DNA of 64,000 nt from an uncultured Magnetospirillum sp. (GTDB taxonomy: Bacteria > Pseudomonadota > Alphaproteobacteria > Rhodospirillales > Magnetospirillaceae): NCBI GenBank assembly GCA_903853455.1, contig CAINTR010000204.1, positions 2,339 through 66,338 on the forward strand. Direction: 5' to 3'. Below, one piece after another: positions 10,307 to 19,371 of the stretch. Under the pieces are notes generated by a model. It was not told the DNA's origin. It saw only the letters and a program-made list of their open reading frames with translations, and did not search any database. The stretch's first letter is position 1. Every line of letters starts with the position of its first letter. A program made the translations under genes and the position numbers.

Positions 10307-10762
10307 TCAGCTCCGCGCCTTCTCTTCCCAGCCGCCGCGCTCGGTCTGCTGGTAGTAGACCAGCTCGAAGCCCTCGGCCTTCCACAGCTTCCAGCGCTCG
10401 CGCGCCGCCTGGACCGCTTCGTCGTCGTTGCCGTCGAACAGGTCGAGGCAGCGGGCGAAGCCGGCCACCGCCCCCGACTGGGCGCCGTCGCACATGACCA
10501 GGATGGTGGCGGCGTTGGGGTTCTCGTCGGTGGCGGTCAGCCAGATCGGCTGCAGCGCGGCGTCGCCGTCCTTGGCGGAGCCGTGCGGCAGCCACGACTC
10601 CGGCTCGTAGGTCCACAGTCGGTCACTCAGGGCCTCGACCCGCTCGGACGAGCCGGCCAGCACCACCGCCCGGTAGCCGGCGGCGAGGGCCTTGTCCAAC
10701 AGCTTGGGCAGGGCCTGTTCCAGCGGCGACCGCGTCAGGTGGTAGAAGCCGATTTGAGTCAT
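10307..10762 (-). CDS. holC: DNA polymerase III chi subunit
   Basis: FYHLTRSPLEQALPKLL, LWTYEPESWLPHG, ARERWK motifs; near pepA as is usual. Confidence 0.93.
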   Translation of the reverse strand: MTQIGFYHLTRSPLEQALPKLLDKALAAGYRAVVLAGSSERVEALSDRLWTYEPESWLPHGSAKDGDAALQPIWLTATDENPNAATILVMCDGAQSGAVAGFARCLDLFDGNDDEAVQAARERWKLWKAEGFELVYYQQTERGGWEEKARS

Positions 10763-11679
10763 CCTCCAGGGGCCTTGTAGCTCAGGTAATGCAGCCGCTT
10801 GGTCTCGCGCCGGCCATGGGTGACGGTGTCGAGGATGATGCCGGCGGTCAGGCTGAGGAAGGCCAGGATCATGATTCCGGTGGCCAGGATGGCGGTAGGG
10901 AAGCGCGGCACCAGGCCGGTTTCCATGAAGGTGACGATGATCGGCCCGGCCAGCACCGCCGCCAGGGCGGCCAGGGTGGCGCAGATGGAGCCGAACAGGG
11001 CCAGCGGCCGCTCCCGCTTCAGCAGCTTGAGGATGGTCAGCAGGATGCGCCAGCCGTCGCGATAGGTGTTGAGCTTGGAGACCGAGCCTTCGGGGCGGGC
11101 GAAATAGGGGGTCTCCATCTCGGCCACCGGCATGGACAGGCTGAGCGCGTGCACCACCAGCTCGGTCTCGGTCTCGAAGCCGGTGGACATGGCCGGGAAC
11201 GACTTGACGAAGCGGCGCGAGAACACCCGGTAGCCCGACAGCATGTCCTTGACCCGGTCGCCGAACAACCGGGCGACGAAGCCGGTCAGCAGATGGTTGC
11301 CCAGCTGATGGCCGGCGCGGAAGGCTCCGGTCTCCTCCGAGTGCAGGCGACTGCCTACCACCATGTCCAGGTTCTCCTCCACCAGCCGGGCGATCATGGC
11401 CGGCGCGCTGGCGGCGTGGTAGGTGGCGTCGCCGTCGACCATCACATAGATGTCGGCCTCGATGTCCGAGAACATGCGCCGGACCACGTTGCCTTTGCCC
11501 TGCAACGGCTCGTGACGGACGATGGCGCCGGCGGCGCGGGCCAGTTCCACGGTGCGGTCGCGCGAATTGTTGTCGTAGACGTAGATCAAGGCGTCGGGCA
11601 GCGCGGCGCGGAAATCCCCCACCACCTGCGTGATGGAGTGTTCCTCGTTATAGCAGGGGATCAGGACGGCGATGTTCAT
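10759..11679 (-). CDS. GT2 polyprenol-phosphate glycosyltransferase (GtrB/DPM-like)
   Basis: IPCYNEE, VYDNNSRD, GKG, VDGD, DMLSGYR motifs and two C-terminal TM helices. Confidence 0.88.
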   Translation of the reverse strand: MNIAVLIPCYNEEHSITQVVGDFRAALPDALIYVYDNNSRDRTVELARAAGAIVRHEPLQGKGNVVRRMFSDIEADIYVMVDGDATYHAASAPAMIARLVEENLDMVVGSRLHSEETGAFRAGHQLGNHLLTGFVARLFGDRVKDMLSGYRVFSRRFVKSFPAMSTGFETETELVVHALSLSMPVAEMETPYFARPEGSVSKLNTYRDGWRILLTILKLLKRERPLALFGSICATLAALAAVLAGPIIVTFMETGLVPRFPTAILATGIMILAFLSLTAGIILDTVTHGRRETKRLHYLSYKAPGG

Positions 11680-11730
11680 GGGGCTGCCTAGGCTGGAAGG
11701 TCCTCAGACTTTTGGAAAAGCCGGGGAATG

Positions 11731-13200
11731 TCAAGATCCCCCCGCCAGGGCGTCGAACAGCCGCACCCCGAAGCCGCTGGCGGCCTCGGGGGCCAGGGGA
11801 TCGTCTTCGTCGGCCCATTCCTTGCCCGCCATGTCGATATGGGCCCAGGCGATGCCGTCGGGCACGAAGCGGGACAGGAAGCGGGCGGCGTCGTCATTGT
11901 CGGGAACCTCGCCCCAGGCGCAGTTCTTGACGTCGGCGATGTCGGATTTGATGTCCTCGTCGCAGGACTCGGTCAGCGGCAGCCGCCACAGCGGGTCGGC
12001 CTCGGCCTTGGACAGTTTCAGTAGCCGCTTGGCCAGCTTGTCGTCATTGGCGTAGAGGCCGGCATAGGGATCGCCCAGCACCTCTTCCACCGAGCCGGTC
12101 AGGGTGGCGATGTCGATCATGGTCTTGGGGTCCAGGGTCGCCGCCGCCCAGGCCAGGGCGTCGGCCAGCACCAGACGGCCCTCGGCGTCGGTGTCGATCA
12201 CCTCGACGGTGAGGCCGGAGTAGGATTTGACCACGTCGCCCGGCCGCTGGGCGCGGCCCGACGGCATGTTCTCGGCCAGGGCCAGCACGCCGCAGACATG
12301 GGCCTTGGCTTTCCGGCCGGCGACGGCGCGCAGCGCGCCGATCACCGCCGCCGCCCCGCCCATGTCACCCTTCATGGCGTCCATCTCGTCGTCATCGAAT
12401 TTGATGGAGATGCCGCCGGTGTCGAAGGTGATGCCCTTGCCCACCAGCACCAGCGGCTTGCCCATCGCCCCGCGCCAGCGCAGCAGCACCAGCCGGGGCG
12501 GCCGGGCGCTGCCCATGCCCACCGCCGCCAGCAGGTTCAGCCCGGCCTCGGCCAGGGCGGTCTCGTCCAGCACGGTGACCTCGACCCCCAAGGCCTCCAG
12601 CAGGCGGGCGCGCTGGGCGAACTCCTCCGGCCCCAGCACGTTGCCGGGCTCGTCGGTGAGGTCGCGGGCGAGGAACACCCCCTGGGCCACCTGCTCGCGG
12701 GCGGCGTAGAGGGCGGCGGCGGCTTCGGGGTCGGGGGTGGTGACCACCACCGACTCCAGCACCGGCACCACGTCGTCCTCGTCGTCGGGATCGAGCTTGG
12801 TGCGGTATTTGCGCAAGGGGCGGTAGGCCTTGAGGCACAGGCCGTAGGCCAGTTCCGCCGCCTGGGCCGGCGGCAGGTCCAGCGCCACGGTGGCGGCGAC
12901 GGCGCGGCTGTCGTCCAACTCCTCCAGGATGCAGCCGCCGATGCGGCGCAGCCGGATGGTGTCGAGCTTCCTCGGCTTGCCCAGGCCCGCCACCACCAGG
13001 GCGGTCAGCGGCGGGGCGGGAGCGAGGAACAGCTCGGTCTCCTCTTCCTCGCCGTCGAAGCCCAGCCGCTTCAGGGTCTTTTTCAGCCGCCCATGGGGAT
13101 CGAGGGCGGCGAAAGCCTCGGTCGGCCGCCGGCCCTGCCACACCCCCACGACGACGGCGCCGTGGAGGGGGACGGACGGATGCTGGAAGGAGATTCGCAT
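11731..13200 (-). CDS. M17 leucyl-aminopeptidase paralog (divergent)
   Basis: VGKGITFDTGGISIK, MKGDMGGA, DTDAEGRL, HIDMAG; metal ligands retained. Confidence 0.88.
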   Translation of the reverse strand: MRISFQHPSVPLHGAVVVGVWQGRRPTEAFAALDPHGRLKKTLKRLGFDGEEEETELFLAPAPPLTALVVAGLGKPRKLDTIRLRRIGGCILEELDDSRAVAATVALDLPPAQAAELAYGLCLKAYRPLRKYRTKLDPDDEDDVVPVLESVVVTTPDPEAAAALYAAREQVAQGVFLARDLTDEPGNVLGPEEFAQRARLLEALGVEVTVLDETALAEAGLNLLAAVGMGSARPPRLVLLRWRGAMGKPLVLVGKGITFDTGGISIKFDDDEMDAMKGDMGGAAAVIGALRAVAGRKAKAHVCGVLALAENMPSGRAQRPGDVVKSYSGLTVEVIDTDAEGRLVLADALAWAAATLDPKTMIDIATLTGSVEEVLGDPYAGLYANDDKLAKRLLKLSKAEADPLWRLPLTESCDEDIKSDIADVKNCAWGEVPDNDDAARFLSRFVPDGIAWAHIDMAGKEWADEDDPLAPEAASGFGVRLFDALAGGS

Positions 13201-13219
13201 GCGTTGGGCGTCCTAATGA

Positions 13220-13331
13220 CTCCCTCGCCCCCCGAGAGGGGGGGAGAGGGTTGGGGTGAGGGGGCGGCAGGCAGACGAACCCTCACCCGGCTCGCTTCCG
13301 CTCGCCACCCTCTCCCGCGAGCGGGCGAGGG
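13220..13331. repeat. CCCTCTCCC/GGGAGAGGG REP-like composite palindrome
   Basis: CTCCCTCGCCCC..GGGGAGAGGGTTGGGGTGAGGGG..CCCTCACCCGG..CACCCTCTCCCGCGAGCGGGCGAGGG; near-identical right half at 26977-27029. Confidence 0.85.
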
Positions 13332-13348
13332 GCTTTGGGATCTGCGCG

Positions 13349-14854
13349 TTACTTCCCGGCCTTGTCCTCGTAGAAGTCGGCCACCAGCCGGTCGAGCAGA
13401 CGCACGCCGAAGGCGGTGGCGCCCTTGGGGCAGGTGGCGGTGTCCTTCTTGGACCAGGCCATGCCGGCGATGTCCAGATGGGCCCAGGCGACGTTGTTGG
13501 TGAAGCGCTTGAGGAACTGGGCGGCGGTGATGGAGCCGCCCTCGCGGCCGCCGGTGTTCTTCATGTCGGCGATGTCGGACTTGATCTGCTTGTCGTAGGC
13601 CTCGCCCAGGGGCAGCCGCCACAACTGCTCGCCCACCGCCTTGCCGGCGGCGGCCAGACGGTCGGCCAGGGTGTCGTCGCTGGCGAACAGGCCGGCATAT
13701 TCGCTGCCCAGCGAAATGATGATGGCGCCGGTCAGCGTGGCGAGATCGACCATGAATTTGGGCTTGAAGCGGTCCTGGGTGTACCACAGGGCGTCGGCCA
13801 GCACGAGGCGGCCTTCCGCGTCGGTATTGATGACCTCGATGGTCTGGCCCGACATGGAGGTGACCACGTCGCCGGGGCGCTGGGCGGTGCCCGACGGCAT
13901 GTTCTCCACCAGCCCGACCACGCCGATGGCGTTGACCTTGGCTTTGCGGCCGGCCAGCGCCTTCATGGCGCCGATCACCGCGCCGGCGCCGGCCATGTCC
14001 CACTTCATGTCCTCCATGCCGCCGGCCGGCTTGATGGAGATGCCGCCGGAATCGAAGGTGACGCCCTTGCCGACGAAGGCGATGGGGGCGGTATTCTTGT
14101 CGGCGGCGCCCTGCCAGCGCATGATCACCAGCTTGGATTCGCGCTCCGAGCCCTGGCCGACGCCCAGCAGCGAGCCCATGCCCAGCTTCTTCATCTGCTT
14201 CTCGCCCAGGACCTCGACCTCCACCTCCAGGTCCTTCAAGGTCTCGGCCACCGCCGCCAGACTTTCGGGATGGATGATGTTGGCCGGCTCGCTGACCACG
14301 TCGCGGGTCAGGAACACGCCGTCGGCGATCTTGTCCAGCTTGGCGAAGGCGGTCTTGGCGTCGGAGACGGCCTCGACCTGCACCGTCGTCTTCTTCAAGG
14401 AGGGCTTGTCCTCCTTCTTCTGCTTGGTCATGTACTTGTCGAAGCGGTAGGCGCGCAGCCGCGCCCCGAACCCCGCCTGGGCGGCGAATTCGGCCGGCGA
14501 CAGCGCCGAGCCCTCCACCGGATCCACCGCCACCACCACCTCGGTCTCGCCGCTGGTCAGCAATTGGGCCACGGCGGTACCGCCGAAGGCCTGCGCCCCT
14601 TGCGCGTCGATGTCCTTGGCCTTGCCCAGGCCGATCAGCAGCACCCGCGACACCGGCAGCCCGGCGGGGGCGAGGATCATCAGGGTCTGGTTCTTCTTGC
14701 CCTCGAAGCGGCTGGTGGCGATGGCGCGGCTGAGGGCGCCGTCGGCCTCGTCATCCAGCTTATGGGCCGAGGCGGACAGCACCTTGCCTTCGAGCACGGC
14801 GACGGCGATGGCGCCCTCGGTGGGGAGCGACGGCTTGGCAAAAGCGATCTTCAT
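13349..14854 (-). CDS. pepA: Cytosol leucyl aminopeptidase
   Basis: VGKGVTFDSGGISIKP, MKWDMAGA, NTDAEGRL, GGSITAAQFL, HLDIAG. Confidence 0.95.
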   Translation of the reverse strand: MKIAFAKPSLPTEGAIAVAVLEGKVLSASAHKLDDEADGALSRAIATSRFEGKKNQTLMILAPAGLPVSRVLLIGLGKAKDIDAQGAQAFGGTAVAQLLTSGETEVVVAVDPVEGSALSPAEFAAQAGFGARLRAYRFDKYMTKQKKEDKPSLKKTTVQVEAVSDAKTAFAKLDKIADGVFLTRDVVSEPANIIHPESLAAVAETLKDLEVEVEVLGEKQMKKLGMGSLLGVGQGSERESKLVIMRWQGAADKNTAPIAFVGKGVTFDSGGISIKPAGGMEDMKWDMAGAGAVIGAMKALAGRKAKVNAIGVVGLVENMPSGTAQRPGDVVTSMSGQTIEVINTDAEGRLVLADALWYTQDRFKPKFMVDLATLTGAIIISLGSEYAGLFASDDTLADRLAAAGKAVGEQLWRLPLGEAYDKQIKSDIADMKNTGGREGGSITAAQFLKRFTNNVAWAHLDIAGMAWSKKDTATCPKGATAFGVRLLDRLVADFYEDKAGK

Positions 14855-14957
14855 GGAAATCCTCGCGGGGGAAGAATGGAGACGAACCAATTCCTCCAAT
14901 GTAGCGATCTAGAGCGCGATGACAACAGCTTGAAACTTATAATGCCGATGCCGGCTG

Positions 14958-15383
14958 TTATGGCAATAAGGTGGCGACGCCCACCGCCATGCCGCTTTCG
15001 GTCAGGCGGCTGTCCAGGGTGCACAGGGTTGCCCCGGATTCGCGGGCGACGGCAAGATGCAAGGCATCGCCGGCCCGCAAGCCCAGGGCATGCTGATCGG
15101 CGAACCGGGCGGCGGTTCGGAAATGGACGCCCGATACGGGAAGGGTGACAAAGGATTCGGTCATCAGCCGAGTGAACAGGGCCAGCGCGGCAGCCCGATG
15201 CTCGGCGCCCAAATGGCCGGTTCTTACCTTGATCGACAGGGCCGAGGAAAACTCGGTCACCACCCAATCGCTGATCAGCAATCCCTCGGGATCCTGGTCG
15301 CCGAGCCACGTCTGCACGCGCGCGGTCGCCGCCTCGTTGGTCAGCGCCGCGACCAGCAGCGAGGTGTCGAGGTAGTGCTTCAA
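14958..15383 (-). CDS. VapC PIN-domain toxin
   Basis: YLDTS...TEFSS...RAGDALHLA...TLD PIN acidic residues; TTG start overlaps the antitoxin stop. Confidence 0.88.
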   Translation of the reverse strand: MKHYLDTSLLVAALTNEAATARVQTWLGDQDPEGLLISDWVVTEFSSALSIKVRTGHLGAEHRAAALALFTRLMTESFVTLPVSGVHFRTAARFADQHALGLRAGDALHLAVARESGATLCTLDSRLTESGMAVGVATLLP

Positions 15384-15622
15384 TATCGGCTCTCGTCGCG
15401 AAGCCGACGGATGAAATCGCCGGCCGGCTGGTCCTGTCGCGGCATGGCATCGGTCACCGCCCGAAGGTCAGACAGAATGATCGGGCGACGGGGAATGTCG
15501 GCGGCGCTTAACCGGGCAACCGGCTTGCCCCGCCGGGTGATGCAGACCGATTCACCCGATTGGGCCTGAGCCACCAGTTCACTAAGATGGGCCTTGGCGT
15601 CGGCGAGATTGACGGAGTTCAT
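15380..15622 (-). CDS. Phd/YefM-family antitoxin
   Basis: [29 protein letters not shown]. Confidence 0.92.
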   Translation of the reverse strand: MNSVNLADAKAHLSELVAQAQSGESVCITRRGKPVARLSAADIPRRPIILSDLRAVTDAMPRQDQPAGDFIRRLRDESRY

Positions 15623-15699
15623 GGCGCGGCCTCCTGACCAACGAACTGGTCACTTATAGCATCCTGGGGCCGCAAGCACCAGCCGGTGCAGCGGGGCCT

Positions 15700-16788
15700 T
15701 CACCGCGCCAGCCGTACCGGCTGGCGCTTGCGGCCCCAGGTGCCGGGCTTGGCCTCGAACACCCCGGCCACCGGCGTGCCGCAGGCCTTGCAGCGACCCT
15801 CCGGCGTCAGGGTCCAGGTGGACAGCTCGTACCAGTCGCGGCCGATCAGCAGGGCGCCGCAGCCGGAGCAATAGGTGCTGCCGCCGGCGGGGTCGTGGAC
15901 ATTGCCGGTATAGACGTAGCGCAGCCCGTTGCGGATCGCGATGTCACGGGCCCGGGTCAGGGTGGCCGACGGCGTGTTGGGCAGGTCGGTCATCTTCCAG
16001 TCGGGATGGAAGGCGGAAAAGTGCAGCGGCACGTCGGGGCCCAGCGCCGCGACCATCCAGCGGCTTAAGGCGTCGATCTCCTCGGGCGCGTCGTTCTGGC
16101 CGGGGATCAGCAAGGTGGTGATCTCGAACCACACCTTGGTCTGGTGCTTGAGATAGACCAGGGTCTCCTTGACCGGCTCCAGGTGGCCGCCGCACAGCGT
16201 GTGGTAGAATTCCTCGGTGAAGGCCTTGAGATCGACGTTGGCGGCGTCCATGTGGCGGTAAAACTCGGCCCGCGCCTCGGGCATGATGTAGCCGGCGGTC
16301 ACCGCCACCGTCTTCAGGCCCCGGGCGTGGCAGGCCTTGGCCACGTCGATGGCGTATTCCAGGAAGATCACCGGGTCGTTGTAGGTGAAGGCCACCGAGC
16401 GGCAGCCCAACTGCACCGCCGCCCGGGCGATGGTGTCGGGATCGGCGGCGTCGTTGAGGCGGTCGATCTCGCGCGCCTTGGAGATGTCCCAGTTCTGGCA
16501 GAACTTGCAGGTCAGGTTGCACCCCGCCGTGCCGAAGGACAGGATCGGCGTGCCCGGCAGGAAGTGGTTGAGCGGTTTCTTCTCGATGGGATCGACGCAA
16601 AAGCCCGAGGAGCGGCCATAGGTGGTCAGCACCATCTGGCCGTCGGCGCAGGCTCGCACGAAACACAGGCCGCGCTGGCCGTCATGCAGCTTGCACAGGC
16701 GCGGACAGACGTCGCACTGGATGCGGCCGTCGTCGAGGCGGTGCCAGTAGCGGCCGGGAAAATGCGAGCCTTGGATGGCGTTCTCCAT
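15700..16788 (-). CDS. amrS: AmmeMemoRadiSam system radical SAM enzyme
   Basis: N-terminal CDVCPRLC..GLC, DPIEKKPL, GCNLTCKFCQNW (CX3CX2C), YVYTGNV, CSGC. Confidence 0.92.
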   Translation of the reverse strand: MENAIQGSHFPGRYWHRLDDGRIQCDVCPRLCKLHDGQRGLCFVRACADGQMVLTTYGRSSGFCVDPIEKKPLNHFLPGTPILSFGTAGCNLTCKFCQNWDISKAREIDRLNDAADPDTIARAAVQLGCRSVAFTYNDPVIFLEYAIDVAKACHARGLKTVAVTAGYIMPEARAEFYRHMDAANVDLKAFTEEFYHTLCGGHLEPVKETLVYLKHQTKVWFEITTLLIPGQNDAPEEIDALSRWMVAALGPDVPLHFSAFHPDWKMTDLPNTPSATLTRARDIAIRNGLRYVYTGNVHDPAGGSTYCSGCGALLIGRDWYELSTWTLTPEGRCKACGTPVAGVFEAKPGTWGRKRQPVRLAR

Positions 16789-16876
16789 GGTCCGAGTGTA
16801 CCATGTTTCCTGCCATCTTTCGCGAAGAGGCTCCCATGACCAGCAGTTCTCATTATGAAGCGTGGGGCACAAACAG

Positions 16877-17076
16877 CCCCTCTCCCGTCTCACGGGAGAG
16901 GGTGCCGAGCGCAAGCGAGGCGGGTGAGGGCGCGCGCGCGCCGGCTTCGCCGGCAAACATATGGTCGCATGCCTGCGCATGCGGCGCGCCATCCGACTCA
17001 TTCGCTGGCGCGAGGCCCGCGCTATCCGCGCGTGCCGCCCTCACCCCGACCCTCTCCCGCAAGCGGGAGAGGGGGG
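16877..17076. repeat. CCCTCTCCC/GGGAGAGGG REP-like element with ~107 bp internal spacer
   Basis: CCCCTCTCCCGTCTCACGGGAGAGGG..GGGTGAGGG at left; CCCTCACCCCGACCCTCTCCCGCAAGCGGGAGAGGGG at right; lies between divergent amrS and amrBA. Confidence 0.8.
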
Positions 17077-17110
17077 AAAGCTTCTGCCAAGCCATAATGA
17101 GAACTGGCTC

Positions 17111-18508
17111 ATGACCGCGATCCGTCCCACCGCCGTGGCAGGCCAGTTCTACCCGGCCGATTTCGCCGAGGCGACCCGCCAGCTCGACGCTTTTCTCGCC
17201 GAGGCCCAGACGCAACTCCATGATTCCCGTCCGGCCGATCCGCGTGCGCCCAAGGCGCTGATCGTTCCCCATGCCGGCTGGATCTATTCCGGCCCCATTG
17301 CCGCCAGCGCCTATGTGCGGCTGCTGCCGCTCCGGGGCAGGATCGAGCGGGTGCTGCTGCTGGGGCCCAGCCATCGGGTGGCGTTTCGCGGCCTGGCTTT
17401 GTCCGGCGCCGACGAATGGGCCTCGCCGCTGGGTTCGGTGGCGCTGGACCGCGAGGGTGCCGAGCGGCTGATGGCGCTGCCCGGTGTCGGCCTGCTGGAG
17501 CAGGCCCATGCCCAGGAGCATTCGCTGGAGGTGCACGTCCCCTTCCTGCAAGCCGTTCTCGGCGATTTCAAGCTGCTGCCCATCGTGGTCGGCGACGCTC
17601 CGCCCGACATGGTGGCGGTGGTGATCGACGCCGCCTGGGGCGGGCCGGAGACCCTGATCGTGGTCTCCACCGACCTGTCCCACTTCCTCGATTACGCCGG
17701 CTGCCGCCGTCAGGACCAGGCCACCGTCGCCGCCATCGAACGCCTCGATCCCGCCGCCATCGAACGCGACGGCGCCTGTGGCCGCGTTCCGGTGGGCGGG
17801 CTGCTGACCAGCGCCCGGCGGCGCGGCTTGGAGATCGTGACCCTGGACGTGCGCAATTCCGGCGACACCGCCGGCGACAAAAGCCGGGTGGTGGGCTACG
17901 GATCCTGGGCCTTGTACGAAAAGGGGAGCGCCATGGCCACCAATGACGAAGCCGCGATCAAGGCCATCGGCCCCACCCTGACTGAACTGGCTTGGGCCTC
18001 CATCCGCCACGGCCTAGCCACCGGCGCTCCGCTGCCGCCGCCGGCCGAGCGTCCCGGCAAGCTGGCCGAACCCGGCGCGGTGTTCGTGACCCTGAACCGC
18101 CACGGCCAGTTGCGCGGCTGCATCGGCTCGCCGGTGGCGTGGCGGCTGCTGGCCGAGGATATCTGCGACAACGCCTTCAAGGCAGCCTTCCGCGATCCGC
18201 GCTTTTCGCCGCTGACCGCCGGAGAAGTGGAAGACCTTCACCTGTCGCTCTCGGTGCTGACCCCGCCGGTGCCCATGCGCTTTGCCGACGAGGCCGACCT
18301 GCTGGCCCAACTGCGGGTCCGAACCGATGGCCTGATCATCGAGGATGGCGGCCGGCGCGCCCTGTTCCTGCCCTCGGTGTGGGAGCAACTGCCCGACAAA
18401 CGCGCCTTCCTCGGACACCTCAAGGCCAAGGCCGGCATGGCGGTCACGCACTGGTCGGCCGACTTCCGGGCCAGCACCTTCCAGGCGGTGGAAATCGGCA
18501 AGGAGTGA
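17111..18508 (+). CDS. Fused AmmeMemoRadiSam protein B (MEMO-like) and protein A (AMMECR1-like)
   Basis: AVAGQFYP, PHAGWIYSG, EHSLEVHVPFLQ, STDLSH, VVGYG (MEMO), then LRGCIG, DPRF, ALFLPSVWEQLP (AMMECR1) with no stop between. Confidence 0.9.
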   Translation: MTAIRPTAVAGQFYPADFAEATRQLDAFLAEAQTQLHDSRPADPRAPKALIVPHAGWIYSGPIAASAYVRLLPLRGRIERVLLLGPSHRVAFRGLALSGADEWASPLGSVALDREGAERLMALPGVGLLEQAHAQEHSLEVHVPFLQAVLGDFKLLPIVVGDAPPDMVAVVIDAAWGGPETLIVVSTDLSHFLDYAGCRRQDQATVAAIERLDPAAIERDGACGRVPVGGLLTSARRRGLEIVTLDVRNSGDTAGDKSRVVGYGSWALYEKGSAMATNDEAAIKAIGPTLTELAWASIRHGLATGAPLPPPAERPGKLAEPGAVFVTLNRHGQLRGCIGSPVAWRLLAEDICDNAFKAAFRDPRFSPLTAGEVEDLHLSLSVLTPPVPMRFADEADLLAQLRVRTDGLIIEDGGRRALFLPSVWEQLPDKRAFLGHLKAKAGMAVTHWSADFRASTFQAVEIGKE

Positions 18509-18543
18509 CCCGAGCACGTCCACGGCAAGCGCTGGCGGGGTGA

Positions 18544-18951
18544 TCAGTCGAGCTTCGGCCGCGTGATCGTAACCGCGACGCCGATGCCGTCGGTGATGCC
18601 CAGCCAGTTCCGATCCGCCGTCAGAACCGGCTTTCCCTCGGCCAGCGCCAGGGCGAGGCAACTCCTGTCGCCAAGGGACAGCCCGGCGCCCTTGGTCGCG
18701 GGGCGCAACATGGCCGAAATCCGCGCCTGAGCGGAATTGAACGAGACCTCCTCGAGGTCGAGCGGCGCGAGCAACTGCTGCGCCATGGGGCCGTCGGCGC
18801 CCCGGTCGGCCAACTTCGCCAGCACTTCGGCCAGATTGACCGTCGAGATCAGCAGATGGTCGTCGCGGGCGATCTCGATGACGATTCCGGCCCCCGGTTC
18901 GTTGAAGATGAAGACCAGGACCGACGACGCGTCGATGACGTAGTCAGCCAT
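18544..18951 (-). CDS. VapC PIN-domain toxin
   Basis: VIDASS, STVNLAEV, LSLGDRSCLALA, LTADRNW. Confidence 0.9.
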   Translation of the reverse strand: MADYVIDASSVLVFIFNEPGAGIVIEIARDDHLLISTVNLAEVLAKLADRGADGPMAQQLLAPLDLEEVSFNSAQARISAMLRPATKGAGLSLGDRSCLALALAEGKPVLTADRNWLGITDGIGVAVTITRPKLD

Positions 18952-19195
18952 CGCCGTCTTGCCTGGCTTCGTCGCGGCGGTCGCTCAGGAATTCGTCCAC
19001 GACGCTGTCGCCGGGCTTGGCGAGCTGCCGTGCCAGGGCCTGAACGCGTCGAACCGCCGCGTCGAATGGTTCCAGCACCAGGGCGCCGTTCTGGATGGAG
19101 GCGATCAGCTTGCCCCCCTTGGCCATCCCGATCTGTTGACGAAGACTGGCCGGAACAACCAGCCGTCCGTTGTCAGCCATCATGACGCTGTCCAT
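18944..19195 (-). CDS. AbrB/MazE-fold antitoxin (VapB)
   Basis: MADNGRLVVPASLRQQIGM..GG.L; C-terminal VVDEFLSDRRDEA; GAGGTG RBS; overlaps the toxin start. Confidence 0.88.
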   Translation of the reverse strand: MDSVMMADNGRLVVPASLRQQIGMAKGGKLIASIQNGALVLEPFDAAVRRVQALARQLAKPGDSVVDEFLSDRRDEARQDGDG

Positions 19196-19251
19196 TGCCA
19201 CACCTCTATGCCACATCAAGCGTATTATGCCACTATCGCGTCAGAGTGGCA
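19196..19251. promoter_or_regulatory. Probable TA operator (TGCCAC repeats)
   Basis: TGCCAC at 19196, 19209 and 19228, and inverted GTGGCA at 19246, directly upstream of the antitoxin. Confidence 0.5.
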
Positions 19252-19371
19252 ACGGGCGCTCGGATCGGGAAGGGATGACGCGAGCGTGGGTCTTGAGCTA
19301 GGCTGACCGCCACTGGCGCCGTTCCCACTGAGACGGAAAAAGGCCTTCCCTGGTTTGGCATAGGACATTTC

